A DNA stretch of 64,000 bases, from the NCBI GenBank assembly GCA_015494465.1, contig WGBD01000004.1, positions 68,627 through 132,626 of the forward strand, in the 5' to 3' direction. The notes below the pieces were generated by a model, which was given only the letters and a program-made list of their open reading frames with translations, had not been told where the DNA came from and made no database searches. This document shows positions 42,301-53,300 of this stretch, in pieces; position 1 is the stretch's first letter, and every line of letters starts with the position of its first letter. The DNA is from Candidatus Omnitrophota bacterium (GTDB lineage: Bacteria; Omnitrophota; Gorgyraeia; S143-82). The translations under genes and the position numbers were made by a program.

Positions 42301-44315
42301 AACCCACCAACGCGCAGGTTGGGATTCTGCATCCAGAACCTCCAGGCATCCATACGCCCAGCAGACCAAAGGCTCTGCCAACGCCCCTCCGCGAGAAATC
42401 TCCTTAGGGACTGGGACCAGTTATATCCCTCTTCCCGCCTAAGCAGGTTGTGGAACATAGTCGCAACTGCGGGGACCACGATCCTTGCCCGGGCCAACTT
42501 CATCAAGGTGTCTATGTTCTTGATGCTGGCAATAAAGAACTCCTCGTCGTCCTTCGCCTCTTGTAGATAACGGGAGAAGTCCTCCGCGTTCGGGTAGACT
42601 ACGAATACTCCCTCCCGGGAAAAAGCGAATTCCGGATCCCACCTTTTGGCGTCCGCTTCCCCCTTCTCCAGCAGGGCGTATAACCGAGGGTGTTTCTCTA
42701 AATCGATCCGAAACAAGAAACTCCCATTCCGCTCCAAAGGGGCTGGCACCTCTTGAATTATCCCCAATCTCTGCGCATTTTCCCTAAGCCACTTGGCCCG
42801 CAAGGCGTCTAGAATCAGATCTTCGTACCCAGCACCTGCCTTGAGAAACTTTATTCGATAACCCTTGAAGACGACCGTCCTACCTTGCACCTCTGCACCG
42901 CCAACCGAAAAGCCAGGGATCAGCGAAGCCATGTCCTCCACCTCGTTGATCTTTGCCATCCAATTCGATCCCGAAAGCTCCAGTTCCGTTGGAAAGGACG
43001 GATCTGCCTCTGTCAAAGAGGCCAAAGTATCTCCCTCCAGTGCGCCCAAGGCAAGGATCAACAAGTAGGGTGCGCTCGACAGGGCAACCCCACCTCCTTG
43101 GAGCTGGATCGTGATGGGCTCTTTAGAGGTCCATCCTCTGTTAAGGATGGATCCCCCTGCCAACGAGGAGAAGATCTCTCCCATCAAGTAGAGGTGTCTT
43201 TCCCTGGCCTTTATTCTGTCCAGCATCCTCAGGATCTTCTCTGAGACCTTAGGTATGTATCCCGCTGTAGAGAGCTTTCTAAAGTAGTCTCCCAACGAAG
43301 AATTCGGATGGAGCCTTAACCACGCCAGGTAGGTAAGCGAAAGCAGGTGAGGGGCATTCCCGTAGATTTCTTTTTCCGGGGAACTCAGGAGAGAGAGAAT
43401 CTCCCTTGCGAAGACCGTGAGGTCACAGGAAGGCTCAGAGCTGGCGAATACCTCGAGATCCAGTAGGTAAAGGTTGTGGATAAGGTGCCTTAAGGCCTCT
43501 TGGCTGTTCAATATCCCTTGTCCATATCCGGCCCTTATCCAACCTCGCACCATCTCCAAGGCCTTAAGCAATCCCTCGCTGTGATGGACTATCCCGTAGT
43601 TAGTCAACAATTTCTTAGGAGGAGTTGTCAAGATCGCCTCCTCCCACTCCGAAAGCCTCACCTCCACATCCGCACCGTCACAGCGCAGGATGATGCCCCC
43701 CACAGCCCCCTCGCTGAAAAAGACGGACTCAAGATAACTGTCTAGGAGCGACCTCAAAGGCCGATCTCCTTCCCCTCGAGCCGTCAACTCCACCGGCCTG
43801 ACGAAGTATCCCTTTCGCCTTAGCCACTCCGTCCACATCGCCTTATAGAGCAGGCGCAGGTCGGAAAAGGCGTCGGATTCGTTGACCACGCGGGTAAGTT
43901 CCTCTTCCAAGCGCTCTTCTGTGAGGCCGTCACCTATCCCTTCTACCTCCACCCGAAAGGGAGTGCCCTCGAACTCGACCTTACCAGCCCTTATCACAAG
44001 CCTTGGCCTGTTACCGATTATCCAACAGCGAAAGAGCCCTTCCGTTTTCTCTACCTCCTCAAAGGAGGACAACGCCTTCACGGTCTGTCTCTTCAGCTTC
44101 AGGTCTGCGGAGAGCAAAAGGCCGGCCAGATCCTCGGATAGTCCTGGAGAGAATATCCTGCCGTGGGGCCCTACCGGGTGCAGGTCTACCCACACCTCCA
44201 AGTTCTTGAGGGAGCAGATCTGAGGACTGAGAGAAGGCAGGTCTGCCTCAGCCCAGGCAATCGCTCCACCCAGAAGGAGCAAGGATAAACCCAAGCACAA
44301 AAATCCCTTTCTCAT
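39348..44315 (-). CDS. Giant hypothetical secreted protein (1655 aa) containing an internal ~450-510-aa tandem duplication
   Basis: Signal peptide MRKGFLCLGLSLLLLGGAIAWAEA. Repeat copy 1 is roughly residues 480-990 and copy 2 roughly residues 1050-1500. Shared blocks include YRIKF(L/A)..G, HHPE/HHPG...DPD/DPE and DLGPVNGPYP / DLGPLNGPFP. The acidic C-terminal tail is EEEEAETA...EDEVEAWLEE. Confidence 0.8.
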   Translation of the reverse strand: MRKGFLCLGLSLLLLGGAIAWAEADLPSLSPQICSLKNLEVWVDLHPVGPHGRIFSPGLSEDLAGLLLSADLKLKRQTVKALSSFEEVEKTEGLFRCWIIGNRPRLVIRAGKVEFEGTPFRVEVEGIGDGLTEERLEEELTRVVNESDAFSDLRLLYKAMWTEWLRRKGYFVRPVELTARGEGDRPLRSLLDSYLESVFFSEGAVGGIILRCDGADVEVRLSEWEEAILTTPPKKLLTNYGIVHHSEGLLKALEMVRGWIRAGYGQGILNSQEALRHLIHNLYLLDLEVFASSEPSCDLTVFAREILSLLSSPEKEIYGNAPHLLSLTYLAWLRLHPNSSLGDYFRKLSTAGYIPKVSEKILRMLDRIKARERHLYLMGEIFSSLAGGSILNRGWTSKEPITIQLQGGGVALSSAPYLLILALGALEGDTLASLTEADPSFPTELELSGSNWMAKINEVEDMASLIPGFSVGGAEVQGRTVVFKGYRIKFLKAGAGYEDLILDALRAKWLRENAQRLGIIQEVPAPLERNGSFLFRIDLEKHPRLYALLEKGEADAKRWDPEFAFSREGVFVVYPNAEDFSRYLQEAKDDEEFFIASIKNIDTLMKLARARIVVPAVATMFHNLLRREEGYNWSQSLRRFLAEGRWQSLWSAGRMDAWRFWMQNPNLRVGGFWDFQELQTVAVPEDWAEYTGRVLFVWFHLYAMYLLDHHPEYFRDPDRYAPKVARSLKRIFSYAYQVLNPRAEALDAVMDYIDFELMARQMLVFCSGEYGEAVRSGDGLPYPAEASITPADREEMDEEMRGWGTISSREIDKVAKELGIDSKELLGNVILGSDLRGEYFIPMDVDERIEEMDWPEELKKRAKRIFGEYKMKWNAAGERGKEDLGPVNGPYPITELIKALYAFTAMSLLEKRDLAGSEEVFKGRDTEFLVGISRLADLGIRIPDRYWPLLEGEELPEGFWRKVISYVRRHRIEEEFLDLMDAGDGFSWMYLLLPAVYYLGKDLSPPTNSLGSISRYRDDSPPEKVSSLSRVLGEIPWDRVAFQGRNLTLKLGDRWYRIKFALDGGVEELRQEGAVITFLRENAEILGIRQEIPHLVRNFKGGILFSLAGDSPDLEKVRAGIKRSNPALQLDESAEGIPFLVYEVESPDLFIYPEDLEEGNFWGALGLCVDTLRRLYPLGLYYRSLVNAFHNRELGRRYELFVEPERFIRGSREVGPAIRFGVGRLTNWRRAFARGNFRKGGMADFGEIEELPGSWESYAKRSGEVFFALMNLYILWLDKHHPGWWKDPEEVALGLERVLRTAYEGLGGRNYEDWVRKRIDWTSLGRQVSLFCSRLYVDWLSGKLEVKDEELFPGVAIYRFDAPRLLYYARGVGYIHEDVLKTLLRRQGLSLDLVPILLEAFEYSEELPDVYKFTPDTVNRIKKALEERLVYLSPDRIEAFLKDLRSFEFRWNLEGREDTDDLGPLNGPFPGVELINAVHIASLQLARSRIELLRTLKSEFEERIRTRLSQGMDEGIASLLAPRGVAGRRSVGGVVRDLAKAKGLEEEMGNFLGLYRLPPTAEKVLSDPWVLKRLSETRNRKERHLKFITWLRANGALPEEEEAETALVSFLVEGLLSESGPSALEEIFEFEDEVEAWLEENGEKQEGHGGIDIGF
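39816..41168 (-). repeat. Intragenic protein-level tandem repeat, copy 2, within the 1655-aa protein gene
   Basis: Residues ~1050-1500 align with ~480-990 (e.g. ERGKEDLGPVNGPYPITELIKALYAFTAMSLL versus EGREDTDDLGPLNGPFPGVELINAVHIASLQLA). Confidence 0.6.
41346..42878 (-). repeat. Intragenic protein-level tandem repeat, copy 1, within the 1655-aa protein gene
   Basis: See copy 2. The nucleotide sequences have diverged, so this is not a recent DNA duplication. Confidence 0.6.
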
Positions 44316-44330
44316 CCTTCCGTTTCTCTT

Positions 44331-47300
44331 CTAAAACTCCAATCTCAAGAGGAGGTGATCCCTCTTCTTAAACTGGCCCTTTCTCCCTTCGAAGACAGGC
44401 CTGTCCCCTTCAAAGCGATAGACGAACCCATACGGGTGATAGTTTACATGAATTTTAGGGTAGTCTCTCCCAAAGCTATTTATCCTGTCCACTACCGAGG
44501 CCATCTGGCGAAGGCCTTTGACCGTGAGGTCCACGGCGATGTCTACATCTGAAGATTCCCTAAACCTACCTCTCAACAATCCACCGGTGAGGTAGATCCC
44601 CTTGGCTAACCTCTCCAAAACCAAGGGCTCGATCACTCGGAAGTAATACCGCTGAAGCTCTTCCCATATCTGCCCAAGCTCTAAGGGATTTACCATGCGT
44701 GGGAGTCGGTTCTCTGCCCTTACGAAGATCAACGGCTTAGTGACCGTTCCTCGAGAAGGTACATCTATAGAGACTTCGTCGTCAGCGACTATAATCTCAA
44801 ATGGATGGACCTCTCTCAATTGCCCCAAGACATCCTGGAGCGAATACCTCGGACGCACACCAGAGCCTTCACCTACCCAAGGCAAGATCACCAAGATTTC
44901 ACCCCGATCCCTGAGCACCCTGCTGGCCTCGGTAAAGGTGCGAACGATACCCTCTTTATCCAGACAAGACAGACTAAAGGGATAGAGGAGCAGGTCGAAG
45001 GAGGAGTTAGAAAAGGGCAGGTCCAACATGTCCGCCCGTACAACGGTAACTCCTTTTCTCCTCGCAAGCAATGGCATCTTCGGATCTATGTCGAGGCCAA
45101 TCACGAGATTTTTTCGAGCCAAAAGGGACTCAAAGCTCCCCTCTCCTGCCCCTAAAGAAAGGATCCTCTTCCCAACTATCTGCTTCCCTAAGAAATAAGA
45201 TAGCTCTGGATGGGCAGAGATGGAGAGGAGTGGATGAAAATTTCTGTGACCAGTCATAGGTGAGGATGGGGTCTCCGTCCGCTTTAGCACCAAGGAATCC
45301 CCCCACATCCCGACGATCTCGAACCGCAATCCCCTAACTATACCGTCCCAATCTATCTTCTCCACCACATCGAAAAACCAGTCGTCCATAGGCATTCTCA
45401 CATGGACCAGCTCTAGACAATCCGTTATCTCCTCTTGCCTGCGGACTACCGCCTTCACCGCACGGCTGAAGACCCTGGCCAGCAATTCGGGTCTAGTGTC
45501 TGGATGGGCCTTATTTAATTCCAAGTGGACATAAGCCTGCCTTCCATCTGGAGAATACATGACTTGAAAACGGAACAGGGGCTCGGGATAACTAGTCCCT
45601 TTTGGATTCTGGGGACCGTATTGAATAAAGTAGAGCTCGTAGAGCCCGAGAGCGCCTTCTCTGACCGCACGGAGCTCCGTGCGTACAAACGGCACGATCC
45701 TGCCCTTCCTGAGGGAGGAGGAAACTCCCTTCTGCAGTATAGAGAAGTCCTCTCCTCTCACTACCGGCGAAAATTCAGGGCCTAGCATTTCCAACCTATT
45801 CCGCACGAAAGGTTTCTCGAACGGATGGTAGAGCATCAAAAGCGCCCCCGGTCGAAGCGTTTCCTTGAATTTTTTAAACAGCTGATCCTCGTAACCGAGG
45901 TATTCTCCGCCAAAGTACTGATAGCAAGAACAGAGGAAGTAGTATATGCCGTCCGCGTCTGAGAGGTCTTTTTCCAGTGCATTCGCGTTGGAAAATTCTA
46001 CATCGGGCAGGGCTAGTCCTATTTGCCTCCCGAGCTCTCGGCTGAACGAGACCAATTCCCGATCGTACTCTATTCCCACCACCTTTGCTTGCGGAAACGC
46101 CTTTTTCAAGAGGAAGGCAACCCTCCCGTCTCCACTTCCTACCTCGTAAATCCTGCTCAATCTAATCGCGTTGGCAGAAGAGAAAAACCTCAGATCGTGA
46201 AGACCGGGTAATATCTTTAAGAGCCTGGACGGTACGAACCTGCCCATGTCCCTGACCAATCTATCCGAGATCTCCTCGTATTCGTCCAACCCTTGGATCG
46301 TCATCTCTAGCTTGCTGGCGTACTCTAACAAAGCCGGATCGCTGTAGCCAAAGCTCCTGAAGCTCCGGATCTTGACCTGATCTGGGCCCGCGGTCGTTTC
46401 TAGTCCAGAGACGACGTTAGAGAAGTCAATCCTCCCTTGAAGCGTCCGCGGGGACCCCGGCACTGCCACGCGATCCTTGATCCCGAAGGTCTCATACAAG
46501 GATGTCCTGGGCATGAACACCTGAACCGATGACACCTCCTCTTTCAACATCTCCATCAGCGCGAAGGCGAGGATTAATCTACCCAGCCCCTTTCTCCGCC
46601 ATCCGTGATTCACCCAAAAATCGAAATCCCCCCACTCTCCAATGAAAGCCCTGTCCAGATTACCCAACACGGAATACCTAAGGAGCCCGATCCTTCCGTT
46701 GCCCTTCTTCAGGTGGGCGGTTATCCACCTCTGGAACCTACTACTGGAAAGGGAAAGGGATATAGGTATCCCCTGCAAATCCAACTCCGCCAGGTCCCTT
46801 TCTACCAGAGAAGAGGCGCTCTTCTTGCGCATCTCCCGGATCCGCACATTGGAGGGGTCGGTGACCTCGGTAACGAACCCAAGACTCCTGTGAAACCAGT
46901 CCTTCCGCCACCAATTACCCCCGTAAGATAGGATCGAGACTCTATCTTGGTCTATCCCTCGAATCCCAATTCTAGAGAATAGGTCCGTTGGATATAACAG
47001 GAACAATCTAAAGTATGCGGGAGAAAGGACCTCCTTTCTGGTGCTCCCTCGCAGAGGGAGCTCACAGCCCCTCACCGACAGGAATAGATCCGCAGGATTG
47101 AGGAAAACAGCCCTTCTGCCTTCCAAGCAATCGAGTTTGAACTTGGGGACATCCTCGCCTCTTACCCAATCCTTGTTGGCCAGGAAGAGGGTCCTCAAGA
47201 GGAAGTACTTGGATACCTCGCTCTCTATCTCATCCACTAGACGACGAATCAGGGGTATCCTCTGGGAGAACGGCCTTTTGTTTTTATAAAGGGCGGACAA

Positions 47301-50300
47301 CAGATCGATCACCTCAACGTCTTTTTCCCTCAAGAGTTGGCGCATGTATTCCAGACCAGTTTCCCTTAGCTCACCGTCGCCTCCGAGTGCCATCACTCCT
47401 ACGCGCACCGAGTGAGCTTCCCCAATTAATCCCTTCAGCATAACCGCCACATCAAGGCACATAGAATCGGTGTTAGGAGAACGGATGTACCTTTCTGGAT
47501 GGAACTGACGATTGCCATTGCGCAAAGGATAGGGTATACGCATCAGGATGTCCCCACCCATGTCGAGGAATACGAACGAATGTCTCCCCGGGAGGGCGGT
47601 TCGAGCGACACCTGCCAGTCCCTTGGCCAGATCAAATCCAGACCTATTCAGGTCGAATATCACTACCTCAGCATCCTCTCCTGCGGAAGAAAATAGAGCA
47701 TAGACTCTGCTCTCCGCTAGTGGCCTACGATCTCCACCGTTCAGGTAAACATCAGGAGAATTGACTCTATAAAATCCGTCTGCACCACGCCAGCGGGGCA
47801 ATGGCCGGCCATCTCGCGTCTCTAACCTGCGGATGGGATACGGTCCTATCGCCTTCTGCTCGACAGCCCGCTTCAGATTGGGGCTGTACAGGAGGAGCTT
47901 CACATCCCTCCCTTTGGGTATACCAGGTAGGGGAATAAGTCCATCCTTGGCCAGGAGTCCTAGCAAACTGGCCCCCAATATGTCCCCTCCACCGCCCGCA
48001 GATACGATGTGCAGGTAGTGTTTGGTCCTATCCCCGGTTAAGGAGGACGGTCCAAGGTATCGCCTCCTAGAGGTATCCACATACCTGGCAAGACCGACCT
48101 CCAGATCGAGCCACAGCTCCTGCTCCCCCTCCTCTCGCTTTTTCTGTAGGTACTCGTATACCCCTCTATCCAGGATCAGACCTGGACGATACTCCTGGAA
48201 AGCCTCCACCACCCGTGCCCCCTCTAAACGGGTTAGATCAAAGCCGATCCTGAGTTGAGTCCCCTTTCGGGACTGGAGGTAGAGACAGCACTGGGCATCT
48301 CGGTACCTGTCAGGCCAATCCTTACAGAGTTGAGGGCGCCTGTCGTACAGCGCGCACCCGCACTCCACCCACAACAGATCAGGATTGTGAGGGGAGACCC
48401 TGATGTTCACCGACAGCCCTTTGCAAGGGTACTTTATCCCGAAGGTGGAGAGACTGGTATATGTCCGAACTGCAACTGCACGGTTCAACGGGGATATATT
48501 CTGAGAAAACGATCGAATAAGCCCCTCCCTAGCCAAGGCGTATCTTATGGGACCTGGGAAGAGCTCACCGGGATGGAAAAAGCAGCACAGTCCGTCTATG
48601 CAAAGTCTTCGCTCCTCTTTCACAAACGGCCAAAATACCGCTTCTTTCAAGGAGGACGCTTGAGTAGATATCCTGATCTTGCTCATCACCAGATCCTTCT
48701 CACTAACATCCCCAGGGACCCAGCGAAAGGAGGTGATGAGCTCCAGATCTCGTTGGGAGAACTGACTTACTTGCCTTGGAGAAAGACAGACCTCAACGGA
48801 CTTGACCGCCTCGGGATAGAGCAAAACCGCTCCCACAGCACCTATTACCCTCCGTATAGCGTCCCTCCCCTCGAGACCGCTCTGCAGGTAAAGGTTAATC
48901 AATCCCTCACGATATCTGCCCTTTTCGTGGACGGGCACATCCTCGTCTAGGATCCAGCTTCCGCGGTGATAACCGGTGGCCCTGGGGGGGAGCAGTCGAG
49001 AAATAGAGGCCCTCTTTATGTAGTCCGGGCCCACCATCAAGACCTTTTCCTCTTTACCAACTGCCAAGACATCGTCCTCCACCCGCAAGCCAAGCTTTTC
49101 CCCAAATTCGCGGAACTCTGCCTCTACCCGAGATGGATCGTCCATTTTCCTTCCGCTGAGCAGTATCACGCGGTTCCACGGTAGAAGGCCGTCCACATCC
49201 GAACCCGGCAGGGCCCGTTCCCTCACTATCGATCCAGTTAGGTAGATGTCGGACAACTCTACCCCTCCCATCTTCATCCAGTCTATAAACCCCTTTATCC
49301 CCAGTCTCACCAGGTGAGAATACTGCACCAAGAAGGGATCCAGCCAGGTCCATATGTGCTGAGAGCCACCACTTAAGGCCAAGGAGTTGAGGGCAACCAG
49401 GTATCCTAACACATCACCTATCCTCACCGAATCGTAGAGGTTGGAGAATAGTTCGTCCACACTATTGGTTCTAAGCGAGAACAGGCGTCTCATTCGGACA
49501 AAGCTCAGTTTAGTGGACAATAACTCGTAAGGGAAATCCCTGGATGTAATTAGACGGTACCGGCAATTGATAGGGATAGGGCCTATCAGGTTGTCAGGAG
49601 CGCGGTCTTCTTCCAAGATAATCTTGGTACCAAACATGCGCTTTCCACCTTCCCGCAGGACATCGAATACTTCTTTATCTCCTAGGATCCTCCCCAACCT
49701 AATGACATCGTCCCGCTTGGGCAGCAACCACACATACATCGCCTTCTCTAGATCTTCGGGTAAGAATCCGTACTCCAATAAAATCTTACCCAATATAGGA
49801 TTCCAAACCGCTCCCACGAGCACATCTTTGTGAGGGAACTGCGTGCGCGCCAAGGACACTATGTACCTGACGACCCTTCCACCCCACCCCCTACCTCGCT
49901 GGTGGACCTCTAAATAAGGGATAAATATAGCCTCCTTGGTATTCACGATCCCCACGGTGGCAACGGTCCTACCCATCTCGTCAGCAATCTTTAGTTTTTG
50001 GACGAAGGAATTATCGTTCAACGAGGAACTGACCTTATCTACGAACTCCCTAGGGCTCGTCTCTCGGAATATGTCCAGATCTCCTGCTGAGATGTAGCCT
50101 CCCTGCAAGAGGGAAGACCTTACCCAGCCCTTAAAGTGCTTCCACGAACTGTCCGGGAAGAGGTTTACCTCCGAGGCGTGGGATATCTTCTTGGTTTGGA
50201 TAAGCGTAGATACATCCAAGACCGAGTTGAGGGTAAGTATGTCCGGGAGGAAGGCGTATATCCCGCTCTGGGAGAAAGAGGAGACCAACCACTTGCGGGT

Positions 50301-53300
50301 AAAACTGTACTCGTACGGGATCTCCGTACTACTTTTCTTAGTTAGGAGGCGCAGACGCTTACCTACCTGCAACAGGACCCGCTTGTTAGAACGAAGCAGG
50401 TGCTTTATCATCCACTCCGCGGAGGTGTATATCCTTCGATTGTAATAAGTCATTACATCTTCCTTGCTAGGCACCAGGACCGAGACTATCTCGTTAGCAG
50501 GTGCCAGCTTTTGAATCGTCGCATCCGCCCGGAGCACATCTCCCACGAACCTCCACACCTTATCCATACCTGCCCGAGGCGGGAGCGGGGTATTCTTTGA
50601 ATAAAACTCTGCTGAATCCTCCCAGCCCCTGACCGTAGATATAGATCGCAAGCGGATGTGGGCCAGTCGCTTCTTCTCTACCAGCTCGTTGAGGAAGTTT
50701 ACGAAACCGGAGTAGAAAGACTCGTCTAAGAAGGCTATAGGTAAGTGAGGGACCTCTCTGTGCTTGCCCATCGCTAAGACATCTACCACCTCGTTCAAGG
50801 TCCCAAGCCCACCGGGCCCCACAAGCACTGCGTTTGCCAGACGGATGAGTCCCGTCTGCCGAGTGAGGAAGTACTTGCACTTGGTTTGATTTTTGTCCAA
50901 GAGATAGGGATTTTTGGGCTCCCCTGGGATCAGAATCCCTATGCCGCAAGATCGCTCGGGGTTGGCCCTAAACGCCCCTTCGTTGCCCGCCGTCATTATC
51001 CCTGGCCCTGCACCGGTAAGCACATTAAATCCTGCCCGCGCCAGGTAGTGGGTAATCTCTCTTACCGAGGCGTAAGCTCTCTCTTCTGGCTTGACTCGGG
51101 CAGAACCAAAGACCACTAGAGTAGGGCCTTTCATCCTACGACCCAACCTCTCGATGGATCTGAACTCCCGGACCAATCGTCTCTGATTGATAGAAGAGGC
51201 GGACGATTTCGTCTGCAACCAAGTATGCAATTCCTGCATTCTCTTCAAGAGTTCCTGCCTCAGGCCTTCGGGAACTACCTCATCAGAGGCCCTGGCTATC
51301 AATTCCCTCTTCATCCAATCTACACGGTCAGATTCTGGATAAGCCAGCTCCTCCATGATCCATATCGCCCTTTTGACGGCCTGCCTCACCAAAGACCCTT
51401 TGCGGTAAGTACGCAGTATGTACATCACCGTTGGGAGGTGCCTTTGGGCTAACCTGCGCTGTTCTTCGGCGAAACGCTCGTTGCACACCAGGTCCACCTT
51501 CATGGCCTTCAGGCCCAAGGCCCTGCCTATGTATCCAAGACTCTGCAACTCCCACCGCTCTCCGTTCCTCAGGATCCGATCCCCAAAGGGATTCATCCGG
51601 GATAAAGCCCTATTGATCGCCTTCACCACCCTATGTTCCCGAGTGATCCAGGAATCGTGCACCACCAGGTCCAGATCCCCAACCAGGGTCAAAGGTAGAT
51701 GGGTTTCTCCTCTTGGAAGCAGGTACCTTGCACTTCCTACCAGAGTGATTCTTGCGCCCAGGAGGGTACTCGCCCGTTTTAGAGCCGACTCCAGACCAAC
51801 CACATCCAATCCTCGAGAAGAAATTACCCTTCTCAGGGAGCTGGAGGTACCAACCCCAGCCAAAAACTGCCTAGCCAGGCCTATTGCTCTCTTCTGAGCA
51901 ATGTAACCTGGGCTGGTGGCTAATATCACCACCTTTGCCTTGGGGATTAGTTCCTCCACCAGCAACCTGTGCTCCCTCTCTGCCCAGGAGAAGGATTCCC
52001 TTACGAAGTCCAGGTCCACATCCAGTATGTCGATCCACCTTCCTCTGTCGGTCTCTATTCCCCAATCACTGCGGAGTCTGCCAATCAAGGAAGGCCAGGT
52101 CTTCAAGGGGAGGGTGGTCTCACCTCGAAGGTCGTAGTACCTCAGATCCATGCTTGGGAGCTTTACCATTACTCCTCTCCAATTCCTTTCGCTCACCAAA
52201 CCCAAGGTAATGAGCGGTCGAATCCAATTACCCACATCCAGGTTAGACAGCAGAGCTCGATGATGGGCAGCATCGTTAGGCGATAGATCCCTTACAAGGG
52301 CCTCCAGCTCTGGCAAAAGACCGGGATCAGTGAGATCGTTGAGGTCCTTGTGGTCGTCTATGTGGAGCATGTTGGCACCCTGGGGTACGATTCCCCTCTT
52401 GACCGCATAGGAAACGACTCCAAAGCCGTAGTGCTGATCGTCCACCACCGCAATGATCCGCTGGGGCAGTTCGAGCAGGAGATTCTCCTTTAGACCGTAG
52501 GAATACATCTCGGTCGTAGAAGGATCGTATTGGTCAAAGAGACCCTGCCAGAACCTCACCTCCCCTGGATAGATCCCGGCCCTTCCTAAGACTGGATAAT
52601 CCCCAAGCTCCAGACCCTGCACTATCTCCTCTAACGATCCAACCTTGCGCCACATTCGGGCCCTATTCCTCAGGATGGATTCTATCACCCTTTTGTTCAC
52701 CCGATCCCTCAAGGGATCTTCCCTCAACGCCGAGGAGGATCTTTGCCTTTCGATGCTTACATACAACCCCTCTCGACCTAGGTAGGGCAAAATGCGAGCC
52801 TTCCAACGCCCCATTTGGTTGACCCTGTCCACCACCTTCTGCCAGAAAGACAGGGGCTCTCTTCGCGGGACGACCGTGCTCGTCTCTAGCTGTAGGACTC
52901 CCCTATCCTCCGCCAGGGAGAGCAGAGAAAAGAAAAGTTTTTTATCTATTCCCTTGCCTCTGTATGTCTCTTCAACGAATACCTCCCCCACCTTCAGGAA
53001 TGGAGGGATCCCTATCCGGTTGTCCAAACCCAGATCGGAGAGGTGATAGGAGATAAAACCTACGACCCTCTTGCCGGAGAGGGCGAATATCTTATCTCGG
53101 AGCAGGTCCTCCCGCCGGACCACGGGGTAGGACTCGCCAAAGTACTTCTGGGCCTTCTCTACCAGACGGATCGCGGATTCTTTTCGGTCCTCAGGGAGTT
53201 CCGGCCAACTCACCAGTGAGACGCCTTCATCAGCCAAGCTGGAAGAGGTACGGGGAGAAAGGAGTCGGAGTTCTCTTAGGACCGACTCCTCCCAGTCCTT

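Noticed and set aside
34290-44315. The 1635-aa and 1655-aa proteins being paralogues of each other
   Set aside because: No collinear similarity is visible between them. Only the 1655-aa protein shows the internal duplication, and only the 1635-aa protein shows CheR-like motifs.
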